64,000 nt of DNA, taken from assembly GCF_006345805.1 (NCBI RefSeq), contig NC_043010.1, positions 62,558,001-62,622,000 on the forward strand, in the 5' to 3' direction. The position numbers and the translations under genes are program-made. Shown piece by piece: positions 9,748 through 21,387 of the stretch. The notes below the pieces were generated by a model. It worked only from the letters and a program-made list of their open reading frames with translations. It did no database searches and had not been told where the DNA came from. This stretch comes from Octopus sinensis (taxonomy: Eukaryota). How positions within the stretch are numbered: the stretch's first letter is position 1; every line of letters starts with the position of its first letter.

Positions 9748-12234
9748 ATGAGTATGTACCCGATACAGCCAGCGTACCCCAGTATGGGGGACCACTCCTC
9801 TATATACAACCAATCCATGTATTCGAATCAAAGCACCCATTTGAAAGAGACTGACAAGAACAGCCCATCGCAGGGTGCTAAAGGTTTCCGACAGCCCGAT
9901 ATTCCCCGGAAACATTTCAGCGAAGAAAACGTGCCCCTTATTAACAATGCTGGATCAAGCCAAGAAGAGATTGAAGTGCCAGCCCTTAACACCAGTACCA
10001 CCAACACTCTACCTCCTGTGGCACCTAACAACCAAGACAAAGAACTAACCTGTGCTTTTTGTAAAAAGGTTTTCCCAAACTCCTTTATCTTACGTACACA
10101 CGAACGCATTCACATGGGCGTGCGACCGTTTGCCTGTTCCTTTTGTAACAAGGAATTCTTCCAGTTGGTCGACTTAAAAACGCACTACTGTACGCACAGC
10201 CATGCCACCAATAACATGTCGCTCTCTACAAACCAGAAGGCGTACCAATGTTCAGTGTGTAACAGGAGCTTTGCTCATAGAGGCAACCTGAAGCTTCATC
10301 TGAGGATGCATTCAGGGGACAAACCGTTTGCTTGTGACGTCTGTGGCAAGACTTTCGCACAGAAAAATAGCCTTACCGATCATAAAAGAGTGCATACAGG
10401 AGACTTGTTCTTCTGTCAGTTCTGCCAAAAAGCATTTTGTAACCAGTTTTTCTTGCAGAACCACGAGAGAGCCCACACGGGGGAGAAACCTTTTCATTGT
10501 GATTTCTGTGATAAAGCGTTTTCTCAGAGAGGCAACTTGAAGACACATCTCAGAACACACACAGGTGAGAAGAACTTTGTCTGCGATGCCTGTGGTAAGG
10601 CATTCTCTCAAAAGAACTGCCTGACTGACCACAAACGGCTACACACTGGTGACCTCTTCTACTGTCAGTACTGTAAAAAAGGATTCTGCAATCAGTTTTT
10701 CTTAAAGATTCATGAAAAAGTACACACGGGAGATTTATATTATTGCAACTACTGCAAGAAAGGGTTTCCGAATCAGTTTTTCCTGGAAAACCACACCAGG
10801 TCTCATACTGGAGAGAAACCATTCCGGTGTTTGTTTTGTCCACAAGTTTTTTCACAACGTGGCAATTTAAAGACCCATCTACGAACGCACACAGGGGAGA
10901 AACCCTTCCAGTGTGAAGTTTGTGGCAAGGGTTTTGCACAAAAGACTAATTTAAACGACCACAAAAGACTCCATACCGGAGAGCTTTATTATTGTAACTA
11001 CTGCAAAAAACCATTTTGTAATAAATTCTTCTTAAAAATTCACGAGCGCATACACACAGGGGATTTATTTTACTGCTCTTATTGTAAAAAAGGCTTCACA
11101 AATGAGTTCTTCCTGAAAAACCATCTCAGAGTGCACACAGGGGAGAAACCGTTTCAGTGTGAATTTTGCAATCAAACATTTGCGCAGCGAGGCAACTTGA
11201 AGCAACATTTACGAAAACACACAGGGGAGAAACCATTTAACTGTGAACTTTGTGGCAAGTGTTTCTCTCAGCGAAACAACTTAACCGACCATAAACGTGT
11301 GCATACTGGAGAACTCTTCTTCTGCAGCTTCTGTAAGAAGCCGTTTTGTAACCAGTTTTTCCTAAAAAATCACGAAAGAGCTCACACTGGAGAAAGACCG
11401 TTCCAATGCAACTTCTGCAAGAAAACTTTCTCTCAGAGAGGCAATCTCAAGCTCCACCTTAGGACCCACACTGGGGAAAAGCCTTTTACCTGTAGTGTAT
11501 GCGACAAGTCCTTCTCTCAACGGAATAGTCTCATAGATCACCAGCGGATTCACAGCGGAGATCTATACTTTTGCGGAATTTGTAAGAAGGGCTTCTGTAA
11601 CCAGTTTTTCTTAAAAACTCACGAGAAAACCCATGGAATTGTAGAGGATAGCCAGTCAAAACAGATCAGTTGTGAGTTTTGTGGCGAGGTTTTTGCACAG
11701 CAAAGTGAGTTAAAGGTACACATACAAACTCATACACCGGCGGAGAAACGCTATAGCTGCCAGATTTGCGGGGAGCAGTTTTTACACAGGGTTTCCTTAA
11801 CAAACCATAAATGTCCAGCAGCAAGCAGTAACTCGAACAGCTGCAGGATGTACTCCAAACTGCCCCAACAGACCGTGGAGCCAAGCAGCTCGAACATAAC
11901 AAACGACAAGACTGTATATAATTCGTCTCCCTCATCGTGCGACTCTTTAGCTCATGTCAAGGATATTGTTAGCACACAGAAAATCAGCTCGTTGAAAAAC
12001 AATAGTAGATCTTGTACAACGGTCCAACCGGAGTCGCACCGAGATACACAAGTCCCTCCTGTGCGACCACAGCCATCACCAGCTTCTTCTTCATCATATT
12101 TACATGGCATGCCTCACATTTGGGAAAATAACTACCTCTGGTCACGAGGTTACCCCATGCCACCCCTGTTAGGCTCAAGTTGGGCAGCAAATGTGCCCAG
12201 CGGTGTCTCCTGTGGCCCAAAGCAAACAAAGTAA
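9748..12234 (+). CDS. C2H2 zinc-finger protein, 21 fingers (20 C2H2 + terminal C2HC), 828 aa, single coding exon (ZNF-1)
   Basis: Uninterrupted ORF with repeated CxxC-x3-F-x5-L-x2-H-x3-H fingers and TGEKPF linkers at 10051-11814. The track starts at TTG 9730; the first ATG is at 9748. No KRAB/SCAN/BTB-like domain was recognised. Confidence 0.95.
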   Translation: MSMYPIQPAYPSMGDHSSIYNQSMYSNQSTHLKETDKNSPSQGAKGFRQPDIPRKHFSEENVPLINNAGSSQEEIEVPALNTSTTNTLPPVAPNNQDKELTCAFCKKVFPNSFILRTHERIHMGVRPFACSFCNKEFFQLVDLKTHYCTHSHATNNMSLSTNQKAYQCSVCNRSFAHRGNLKLHLRMHSGDKPFACDVCGKTFAQKNSLTDHKRVHTGDLFFCQFCQKAFCNQFFLQNHERAHTGEKPFHCDFCDKAFSQRGNLKTHLRTHTGEKNFVCDACGKAFSQKNCLTDHKRLHTGDLFYCQYCKKGFCNQFFLKIHEKVHTGDLYYCNYCKKGFPNQFFLENHTRSHTGEKPFRCLFCPQVFSQRGNLKTHLRTHTGEKPFQCEVCGKGFAQKTNLNDHKRLHTGELYYCNYCKKPFCNKFFLKIHERIHTGDLFYCSYCKKGFTNEFFLKNHLRVHTGEKPFQCEFCNQTFAQRGNLKQHLRKHTGEKPFNCELCGKCFSQRNNLTDHKRVHTGELFFCSFCKKPFCNQFFLKNHERAHTGERPFQCNFCKKTFSQRGNLKLHLRTHTGEKPFTCSVCDKSFSQRNSLIDHQRIHSGDLYFCGICKKGFCNQFFLKTHEKTHGIVEDSQSKQISCEFCGEVFAQQSELKVHIQTHTPAEKRYSCQICGEQFLHRVSLTNHKCPAASSNSNSCRMYSKLPQQTVEPSSSNITNDKTVYNSSPSSCDSLAHVKDIVSTQKISSLKNNSRSCTTVQPESHRDTQVPPVRPQPSPASSSSYLHGMPHIWENNYLWSRGYPMPPLLGSSWAANVPSGVSCGPKQTK

Positions 12235-12914
12235 AGGACATCTGTATTAATTAGTTCTCCCTATAACAATACTGATCATATATCTACATTAACGAGTACT
12301 CTCTCTTCCATTAATTAAACACAAAAAGGAAAAAAAAAAAAACCCTTTTATCAATGACTGCTTCCTCCTTCGGGGCTAAACACCCCTGATATACATTAAC
12401 GAGCACACCCTCTATCTGTACTAATTAAAGCAATGAGTGTTACTGTTATCAAGGCTAACAATGCACCCTACTACAGAGTACTCTGTCAAAATTAACAAAT
12501 CCTATATTAAATAGACACTCCCTGTATGAAAACACTGTGTAAATTAATCAACGCTCCCTGACCCCTCCTCCTAAACACCAAATGACATTAACGAATGAAG
12601 ACATGGAAGAATCTATGTAATAACTTACAGACATATTCTCTCTTGGACCATTCTATTTTAGGTATGTCCTATGTACAGTCCTCTCCCCCCCGTCAATGAA
12701 GTGAGCCTTGTCCAAAATAGAGTTGAACAGGTCACTTATTTTTGTTGTGTTATCATCTTTTATGTTTTGTACGTGTTTTTGTTTTTGTTTTGTTTTTCCT
12801 CTTCTAATTAGTTAATTTCTTCATTTGTAGATTATCATTCGTTAGGAACATTAATCAAATACTTGTTGTTATTAATCAGATATTTGTTATTATTGCTAAT
12901 TATTATTGCTGCTG

Positions 12915-13378
12915 AAGGTGGTGATGAGCTGGCAGAACCCTTAAACAGTTGGACAAAATGCTTAGCAGCATTTCTTCTGACTCCATCTGTTCTGAGTTCA
13001 AATCCCACCAAGATCAACTTTGCTTTTCATCCTTTTGGGGTCAATAAAATAAAGTACCACTCAACTACATCAAGTTGCAACCTCTCACTAAAATTGCTGG
13101 CCTTGTGCCAAAATTAGAAAAAATTCCTGTTATTATTATTATTATTAAGGTGCTGAGCTGTCAGAATTGTTAGCATATTGGATGGAATGCTTAGCAGCAT
13201 TTCTTCCAAATCATTATGTTCTGGGTTCAAATCCTCCTGAGGTCAACTTTGCCTTTCATCTTTTTGGGGTCAATAAAATAAAGTACCAACCAAATACTGA
13301 GGTTGATGGATTCGACTTGCTCTCTCTTCCCCTAAAAAAACTTCTGGCCAAAATTTGAAACAGCTATTATTATTACTA

Positions 13379-13427
<49 letters not shown>

Positions 13428-13630
13428 CCTGAAGATGGCCAGGCTGGCAGAATCATTAGCATGTTGAAAAAAATGCTTTGTGGCATTTTGTCCATCTTTG
13501 TTCTGAGTTCAAATTCCGCCGAGGTCGACTTTGCTTTTCATCCTTTCAGGGTAAATAAATTAAGTACCAGTGAAACATTGGGGGTCAATGTAATTGACTA
13601 GTCCCCTGCCCCCATATTTCAGGCCTTGTG
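12915..13630 (+). mobile_element. head-to-tail cluster of family B SINE copies separated by (ATT)n
   Basis: Three copies of GAGCTGGCAGAA...GAGTTCAAAT...TTTCATC...AAGTACCA. Confidence 0.75.
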
Positions 13631-15416
13631 TCTTTATTTTCAATGTAATGTGTGCCCCTTTGAGGCACAATAGCACTTATATGTGGGATTGAACTTGCAG
13701 TCTTATAGTTTGTAATAAGTGCATCATAACATCTTGATCAGTTTAGGAAGCATATGAGGGACAGAATGACTCCTGAATCACCAGGTATTGATCTCGGCAT
13801 TGAACACCTGTAAATCACTCCAATGTTTATTCAACCTACAAGAAATAGCTGTGAAATAGTCCTCAAATTCCAAGTCCCACCCTAAAACACTGAAGCATAC
13901 ATTATATAAGGTAATCTTAGATATACTAAAACATGATGGCCATTGATGGAATGTCCTTCACTATGAGCTGCTTGACTGAGGGCCGATCAAAAGTTATTTA
14001 GACAACAATAGTAACTTGAGTATTCATGAGCCAATTAAGGAAACCTCTATGTGGTCACTTAATCTGCTAGAAACAACAACCACATTTCTCACAAATCACT
14101 GCCTATTGTTTCTTTATAAAGAAACACTGAATGATGTAGTCTTAGATATGCTATGCCTGTAATAAAAAAAATAGGGAAAAAATCCCCTGGTATGATCAAA
14201 GCTGTAACATCATTGACCATTGGTTGGAGCAGAGATGAGGGTGACCCAATAATTATTTTGGTCTTTAGATTCAGTAATATCTTTAAAATAAGGACTATGT
14301 ATTTTAACTCCCTCCATTTCTGCATAGACAGGATGACCACCACTACATCATCACTGATTGTGCCATGTGTACTCGTCCCTTACCTCATTCACCTCTTCCT
14401 TTGTGATTGACCAGGATCACACCACCCTCAACATGGGTCTAAGGTTATTGGCCCTTGCCATCAACAGAGCAGAGCACAACTTCATGAATGTCATATGTTA
14501 TATGACCTACTGCCATCTGTCATATCATATCACGTCATATCACAATGTGATGTCACATTGCCATACTGTCACATATCAAATGTCACACTGTCATATTACA
14601 ACACATCACAATGTCACATGTCACATCATATTGTTAGGCAATATGGTGGCAAGCTGGCAGAATCTTAAGCACACTGAGCAAAAAGCTTAGTGGCATTCAT
14701 TCATCTTTATGTTCTGAGTTCAAATTCCACTGAGGTCGACTTTGCCTTTCATCCTTTTGGGGTCAATATTATAAGTACCAGCTGAGCGCTGGGGTCGATG
14801 TAGGCAACTTACACCCTGCAAAATTGCAGACCTTGTGCCAAAATTTGAAATCTATGTTGTATCATATGCTAAAAAAAAAAGCCTGCTTTTTTATTCTCTG
14901 AACTATATTTAGGGATGGCATCAAAAGGGAATTAAAATGACAGTTTCTCTTCCCTCAATATGTCACAAAGGGGACCCAGTTGTCAGTATTATTGATGAAA
15001 AAGCCAGTATTACTTTTGGGGTGAGCACTAGGCCTCCAAATATACAGCAAGACAGAACCAAGCTACATTCAGGTTCTGGAGAAGGGGGCTCTCAAAATTC
15101 AAGAATGGTCATTTTTTTTTTTTAGGGATGAACCCAGCAGGACCCCCTTTGACTTTTTGGCTACCTCAGACCAATGTAGTAATCAAACCCCTATTTCTCA
15201 TGCAACCTGCTGAACAGGACTTCCTCAATACAGTAATGGGTTTCTTCTCCTTTCTATGACTGTATCAACTGCCGTAGGGGGCAAAGGAGTCGGATGAAGG
15301 TGCAGAGCTAATAACAGTGACTTTGGTACTGTTGACCCCTAAATTAAGGGTGCAATTCAATGTGTTGCTACATCAAACAGACTTTTCTGAAACAACTGAA
15401 CATAGAAGAAACAATA

Positions 15417-15787
15417 TGTATATACGTGTGTGTGTGTCTGTGTGTGTGTGTGTATATGTATATATGTATACATACATATTTATATATCTGTACACCACCT
15501 CAAACACTTTATACATATATATATATATATATACATACATACATATATATGTGTGTATAGGGTATATATACATGCATATATATATATATATATATGCATG
15601 TATGTATATATAAACATGCTTGTATGTATGTATAGATTTATATATATATATATATATACGAATGAAGAAAAGTTTCTTTCTTGTATCTGACTCATTCTAT
15701 TCTCTGTTGTTAAATACACTCACTCATATCCTCATTTATGGGGTATATATATATGTATATATATAAATATATATGTCAGTGTGTATT

Positions 15788-15861
<74 letters not shown>

Positions 15862-16070
15862 ATATTCACATGTGCATATGTTACACACATACACTTGTAT
15901 ATATAAATATGTGTGTGAGCGTCTGTGTATATACATATGTATGTACACATAGACATATAAATGTGGGTGTGTGTGTATATTTGTATGTATATACAAATAC
16001 CCATTATTATTATGTATGATAGATTTTTAAAGAATGTCTATATGTATATGCACGTGTGTGTGTGTATAGA
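15417..16070. repeat. compound (TA)n/(TG)n microsatellite field
   Basis: Directly visible, including a long (TA)n run near 15793-15865. Confidence 0.9.
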
Positions 16071-17638
16071 GTATGCCTAAATATATATATATGTTAAAAC
16101 TATATAAAAACATGCAATCTGTACAAATATATTATGCAGAATGTGTAGTAACTGAGACTTCAAACACATACTTTAAGTTTCATTTTACAGTCACCATCAG
16201 CCCTGTATGTAGGGGGAGGGGGAGATGTAATCCTCTTTTGGGATTTGATGAAACGAATTACTATGATTATTATTATTAATATTATTATTATTATCATTAT
16301 AATAAAATATTATTATTGTTGATATTTCATGATAATAATAACAATACTGATAATAATAATAATAATACTAATGATGATAATAATAATAATAATAATGATA
16401 ACAATAAGAGAAGCTAAAGAAGACTGTTTAAATATTTCAATAAACCTAACCATTCTTTGTGAATTTACTTCAACATAAAACACTGTGATTGTGTGAAATA
16501 AATAGCCAAAAAAAAAAAACTAAAACAATAGCCTGTTCTTTTGATTTTATTATGTGTGTGTGTGTGTGTGTCTGTGTGTGTGTGTGTCTCTGTGTGTGTG
16601 TGTGTGTCTCTGTGTGTGTGTGTGCGTGTGTCTGTGTGTGTGTGTCTGTGGTCTCTGGCACTGAGCATCACACTCAAGTCCCAGCCCCACACTCTTGACA
16701 TCACTTGTGCTGCCACCTATTACCTCCTTGACCTACCCCACCCCCACCCTCCACCCCGATATTCACAACTGACCAGGCCTCCGCCCACGCCCACACTCGC
16801 CACATTCGCCCACCACAGAAGAGATGGCTTGTGGATTAGTGGTTCAGGGGTTTGGCGCATGATGGTTGTAAGGTCCTGGGTGGAGTGTCATGTCCTTGAG
16901 CAAGACACTTCACTTCACACTGTTCCAGTCCACTCAGCTGGTGCAAAATCAGTTGTACCTGTAATACAAAGGGGAGCAGACAATGATGATGACGATGCTG
17001 CTGCTGATGACAATGATACTGATGCTGCTGCTGATGGTGATGATGATGCTGCTGTTGATGATGATGACAACAATGCTGCTGCTGCACCTTTTAGTTGTTT
17101 CACTCATCACACTGTGCCCATGCTGGAGCATCACCTCAAAGAAATTGATGCCAGTTCTTACTTCTTTTTAGTCTGGTACTTATTCTACCAGTTCCTCTTA
17201 CCAAACTTCTAAGGTATGGGGGACATCAACAAACCAACACTTGTTAACTGCTGGGGATGGCAAATACAATCACAAAGTCATACATACATACATGCTAGGC
17301 TTCTACACAGTTACCATTTTTCAAATTCACTCACGTAGCATTGGCCAGCCCTGAGACTATAGTGGAAGACATTAGCGCTCTACCCCCACCCACCCAGGTG
17401 CCATGCACTGGGAATGAACCAGAAACCACATGGTTGCAAAGCAAGTGTGTATGTATGTGTGTACGTACTTAATCTTAATGTGTGTGCCAATGCTTACGCA
17501 ATCTGCCTCATTCTTACACAAGCACCCTTGCAGTGCCATGTAGAAGTGCCCATTCAGTGTCACATGTGGCCTGTGCAGTGCCACATGAGGGTGCCCATTT
17601 AGCATCATGTAAAAGTGTATATGTATATGTGTATACGA

Positions 17639-18462
17639 CTAGGTTGAAGAAAAATGCTTGTGTGCTGTGTTAAAATAATGATTTTTTTATGCAAGAATTT
17701 ATTCAAAATTAACAACAACTATTCTTCAAAATAAAGGCCATCATTTTCCATGACCTTCTGCCAACAATCTGCAAGCTTTCAGATTTGGTCAAAGTACCAA
17801 TCCTTTGGCTTTCATCATCATCATCATCATTTAGCGTCTGCTTTCCATGCTAGCATGAGTTGGACGGTTCAACTAGGGTCTGTGAAGCCAGAAGGCTGCA
17901 TCTGGCCCAGTCTGATCTGGCAGTGTTTCTACAGCTGGACGCCCTTCCTAACGCCAACCACTCCGTCAGTGTAGTGGGTGTTTTTTACGTGCCACCCGCA
18001 CAGGTGCCAGACAGAGCTGGCAAACGGCCACGGACGGATGGTGCTTTTACGTGCCACCCGCACAGGGGCCAGGCAAGGCTGGCAACGGCCACGAACAGAT
18101 GGTGCTACGAAAAATTCTTGACAGGCTTCTTCAACTTCATCGAATGACTCAAATCGGCAACCTTTCATAAAATGCTGCATTGTTCAGAAGGGACCGTAGT
18201 CAGATGAAGCAACATCTGGACCATAGGCTGGATGCAGCAGAACTTCCACTCCATCCAATTCTTCAGTCTTGTTGCTGGTCTTTCTGACTGTATGTGGCTC
18301 TGCATTGTCTGGTTGAAACAAAGTACATTATTGACAAACAAGTCTTGGGTACTTTTCAACTAACACATCGCAGACTTGATCAAGTTACCCTAGTTAAAGT
18401 TCAGCATTGATGGCACAACCATTCGGCACAAGTTTGGTACACAAACTTTTTCCTCAACCTAA
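17639..18462 (-). mobile_element. internally deleted mariner (DD34D-type) element, split by a family C insertion
   Basis: The minus strand encodes AINAEL...EKYPRLV, QPDNAEPH...EVLLHPAYGPDVASSDY, MQHFMKGCRFESFDEVEEACQEFF and, after the insertion, KPKDWYFDQI*KLADCWQKVMENDGLYFEE*. TIR pair TAGGTTGA(A/G)GAAAAA at both ends, with TA at 18463-64. Confidence 0.85.
17812..18103 (-). mobile_element. family C (RTE 3'-UTR-type) insertion nested in the mariner
   Basis: (CAT)n plus the family C core interrupts the transposase between EFFVA and KPKDW. Confidence 0.75.
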
Positions 18463-18527
18463 TATATATACTTACATACACACACACATACATACATATA
18501 TATATATATATATATCCTTGTTTCTAT

Positions 18528-18810
18528 ATGGGTACAATGACCAGATATCAAGTGGAAGAATGGAATTATTGTAAAATTTACCATATTTGGTGCCTATGTA
18601 ATGCTTACCCTAGAATAGTATCTCTGGAATATAAACCCCTCAACAAACTGTACTGTGTGATCCTCATTCAGGTGAGGACATTGGTTTATCTGGACTCAAT
18701 GGATTACGCGTGTTCATTTGAACGTCCTGTACGACAGATCTGGTTCGTTGCTCAACCAGACCCGTTTATCTATCCTTGTCATCCATCGTGTGTGCACCCT
18801 CTAGTTCCAC
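18528..18810 (+). repeat. unclassified ~285-bp dispersed duplicate (copy 1)
   Basis: Highly similar by eye to 25347-25634 (ATGGGTACAATGACCAG...CACCCTCTAGTTCC). Confidence 0.85.
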
Positions 18811-19152
18811 TACACATACTCACATATCCTTCATTTGTTTAACATCTGATGTTCCAAGCAAACAGGGCTTGGATGTGAATTGGAGGCATCATTTCATAGC
18901 TGGATGCCTTTCCTGTTACCAGCCCTTTGTTGTTTTTTAAGAAAGAGATTGTTTTTTTTTTTGCAGATGTCTTTGAAAGTGCAGAGCAACTGGTCATAAA
19001 TAATATCAGTAAATAATATCAACACCTACATCGTGCTGCAGAAATAGCAGCAAGTGAAATATCATTATTTGTGCACCTTTTTTACGATCACACACATACA
19101 TGTGCACGTGCACACCCACACAATTATGCACAATTGTACATATATGTACATA

Positions 19153-19237
<85 letters not shown>

Positions 19238-19239
19238 GT

Positions 19240-19516
19240 GGAGGCACAATGGCCCAGTGGTTAGGGCAGCAGACTCGCGATCGTAGGATCGCGGTTTCGA
19301 TTCCCAGATCGGGCGTTGTGAGTGTTTATTGAGCAAAAACACCTAAAGCTCCACGTGGCTCCGGCAGGGTGTAGTTGCGATCCCTGCTGTTCTCTTTCTT
19401 CTGTTGGCCTGCTCGTTTAGCCAGCGGGGTGGCATCATTTGAAGGCTAAAACAATGTGAAGCTCATTGTGACCAGCGATGTGTAGCAACATCTGATAGCC
19501 TCGTTGGTCACGTGAT
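19240..19516 (+). mobile_element. tRNA-derived SINE (family E)
   Basis: A-box TGGCCCAGTGG, B-box GTTTCGATTCC; an inverted homologue lies at 24711-24998. Confidence 0.8.
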
Positions 19517-19574
19517 CACGTGATATATATATATATATATGTCACGTGATCACGTGATATATATATATATATAT

Positions 19575-19765
19575 AGTTGGAATTTACAAAAAATACAAAA
19601 GATAAAGACAGGAGAGGGAACAACAAGCAGGTGTATTAGTTTGATGCTCAGTAAAGTGAAAAAGTCTTTTACATTTTGAGCCACCGCTCTTCAGCAGAAA
19701 GGAATAAGAGAAAATAAACAAAGAGAGAGTAAAAAATTCTGGATTTAATGGTCAAGCATGGTGAC
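19575..19765 (-). mobile_element. Penelope-like fragment with variant hammerhead core (H4 copy 2)
   Basis: The minus strand of 19666-19702 reads CCTTT-CTGCTGA-A-GAGC GGTG GCTC-aAAA-tGTA-AAAG. Confidence 0.5.
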
Positions 19766-19817
19766 TTATATATATATATATATATACACATATACATACA
19801 TATGTGTGTTTGTGTGT

Positions 19818-19853
<36 letters not shown>

Positions 19854-19870
19854 ATGTATATATATATATA

Positions 19871-20131
19871 TATCTGTAATATAATATGTGACAATTATTC
19901 AGTTGCCATAATAAAACTCCGAGTTTCAGATTTCAGGGCAGAAACTTGCTAACTTGGTCCAGCATCTCTTCAGTTATCAAGGCAATCAAAATATGCTATG
20001 TATATTTTTCATAGCATATTTTGATTGCCTCGATAACTGAAGAGATGCCAGAGCAGGTTTCTGTCCTGACATCCGAAACTCAGAGTTTTATTATGGCAAC
20101 CAAATAATTGTCACATATTATTTTACAGATA
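19871..20131. mobile_element. fold-back Penelope-like fragment with hammerhead-like motifs on both strands (H2)
   Basis: Arms of 120-130 bp flank a 9-nt loop (20001-20009). The + strand has CTGAAGA at 20037-43, GAAA at 20075-78 and GUU at 20085-87; the mirror motif lies on the minus strand. Confidence 0.7.
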
Positions 20132-20700
20132 AACTTCTCTATTTACATAAAATCGAGGTCTCTTTCATTCTTTTGTTGTCTTTGCATTATTATTTATATA
20201 TATATATGTATATATATACATAAACACACACAAATATATATGTATGCATATTAAAAACAATGGGCTCAATACAAATAGTAGTTGGCCTGGGGCAGTGATA
20301 GAAGACACTTGCTGAAAATGCTGTGCATTGGGATTGAACCTGAAAATATGGAGTTGCAAGGTATGAATCACACAGCCATGCATGCTGATGGAATTTAAAT
20401 TTTCAGAATCTGTTTTTAGTTATGAGATGAAAATTGGTCCCTGGTATGTAAGAAGTTTATGTCTAGTTAGTAAACTTGGCTAAAATGCAGTGAAATAAAT
20501 AAATATTGAATTCCTTTATTTGGATTTTCAGATTTGAATTTCATTGTTCCACTGCTGCTGCCATTCTTTAGATTCAAATCATGTTACACATCACTGATAT
20601 TTTACAATCCTTTTTTCTTCGGTTTTTCTACTATCTCTTCTGTTCATCACTTCAATCCCCATTTTTCTTTTGCTTTGGTAATATTTTTTCTGTTGATCTT

Positions 20701-21350
20701 AGGCAGCGAACTGGCAGAAACGTTAGCACACCAGGCGAAATGCTTAGCAGTATTTTTTTTGTCTGCCGTTATGTTCTGAGTTCAAATTTTGCCGAGGTCA
20801 ACTTTGCCTTTCATCCTTTCAGGGTCGATAAATTAAGTACCAGTTATGCACTGGGTTCGATCTAATCGACTTCATCTCTTTGTCTGTCCTTGTTTATCCC
20901 CTCTATGTTTAGCCCCTTGTGGGCAATAAAGAAATAAGAAACGTTAGCACACCAGGTGAAATGCTTAGCAGTGTTTTGTCAGTCTGTACGTTGTCAATTC
21001 AAACTCCACTGAGGTCAACTTTGCCTTTCATCCTTTCAGGGTTGATAAATTAAGTAGTGATTGTGTACTGGAGTTGATCTAATCGACTGGCTCCCACTCC
21101 CCAAAACTAGCAGGCCTTGTACCTAGAGTAGAAAAGAATATCTTTTTTGCAGTGAGCTGGCTGAATTGTTAGCAAACTGGGCAAAATGCTCAGTGGGGCT
21201 TCGTTTGTCTTTACATTCCGAGTTCAAATTCCGCTGAGGTTGATTTTACCTTTCAGGATTGATAAAAAAGGACCAGTTGAACACTGAAGCCAATATAATC
21301 AATTTATCCCCACCCCCAAAATTTCTGGACTTAAGCCAAAATTTAAAACC
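20701..21350 (+). mobile_element. tandem family B SINEs (one full length, two truncated)
   Basis: Repeated AGAAACGTTAGCACACCAGG...CCTTTCATCCTTTCAGGG. Confidence 0.8.
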
Positions 21351-21387
21351 AATATTTTTTTTTGCTACTTCTTAAACCATATTAATG

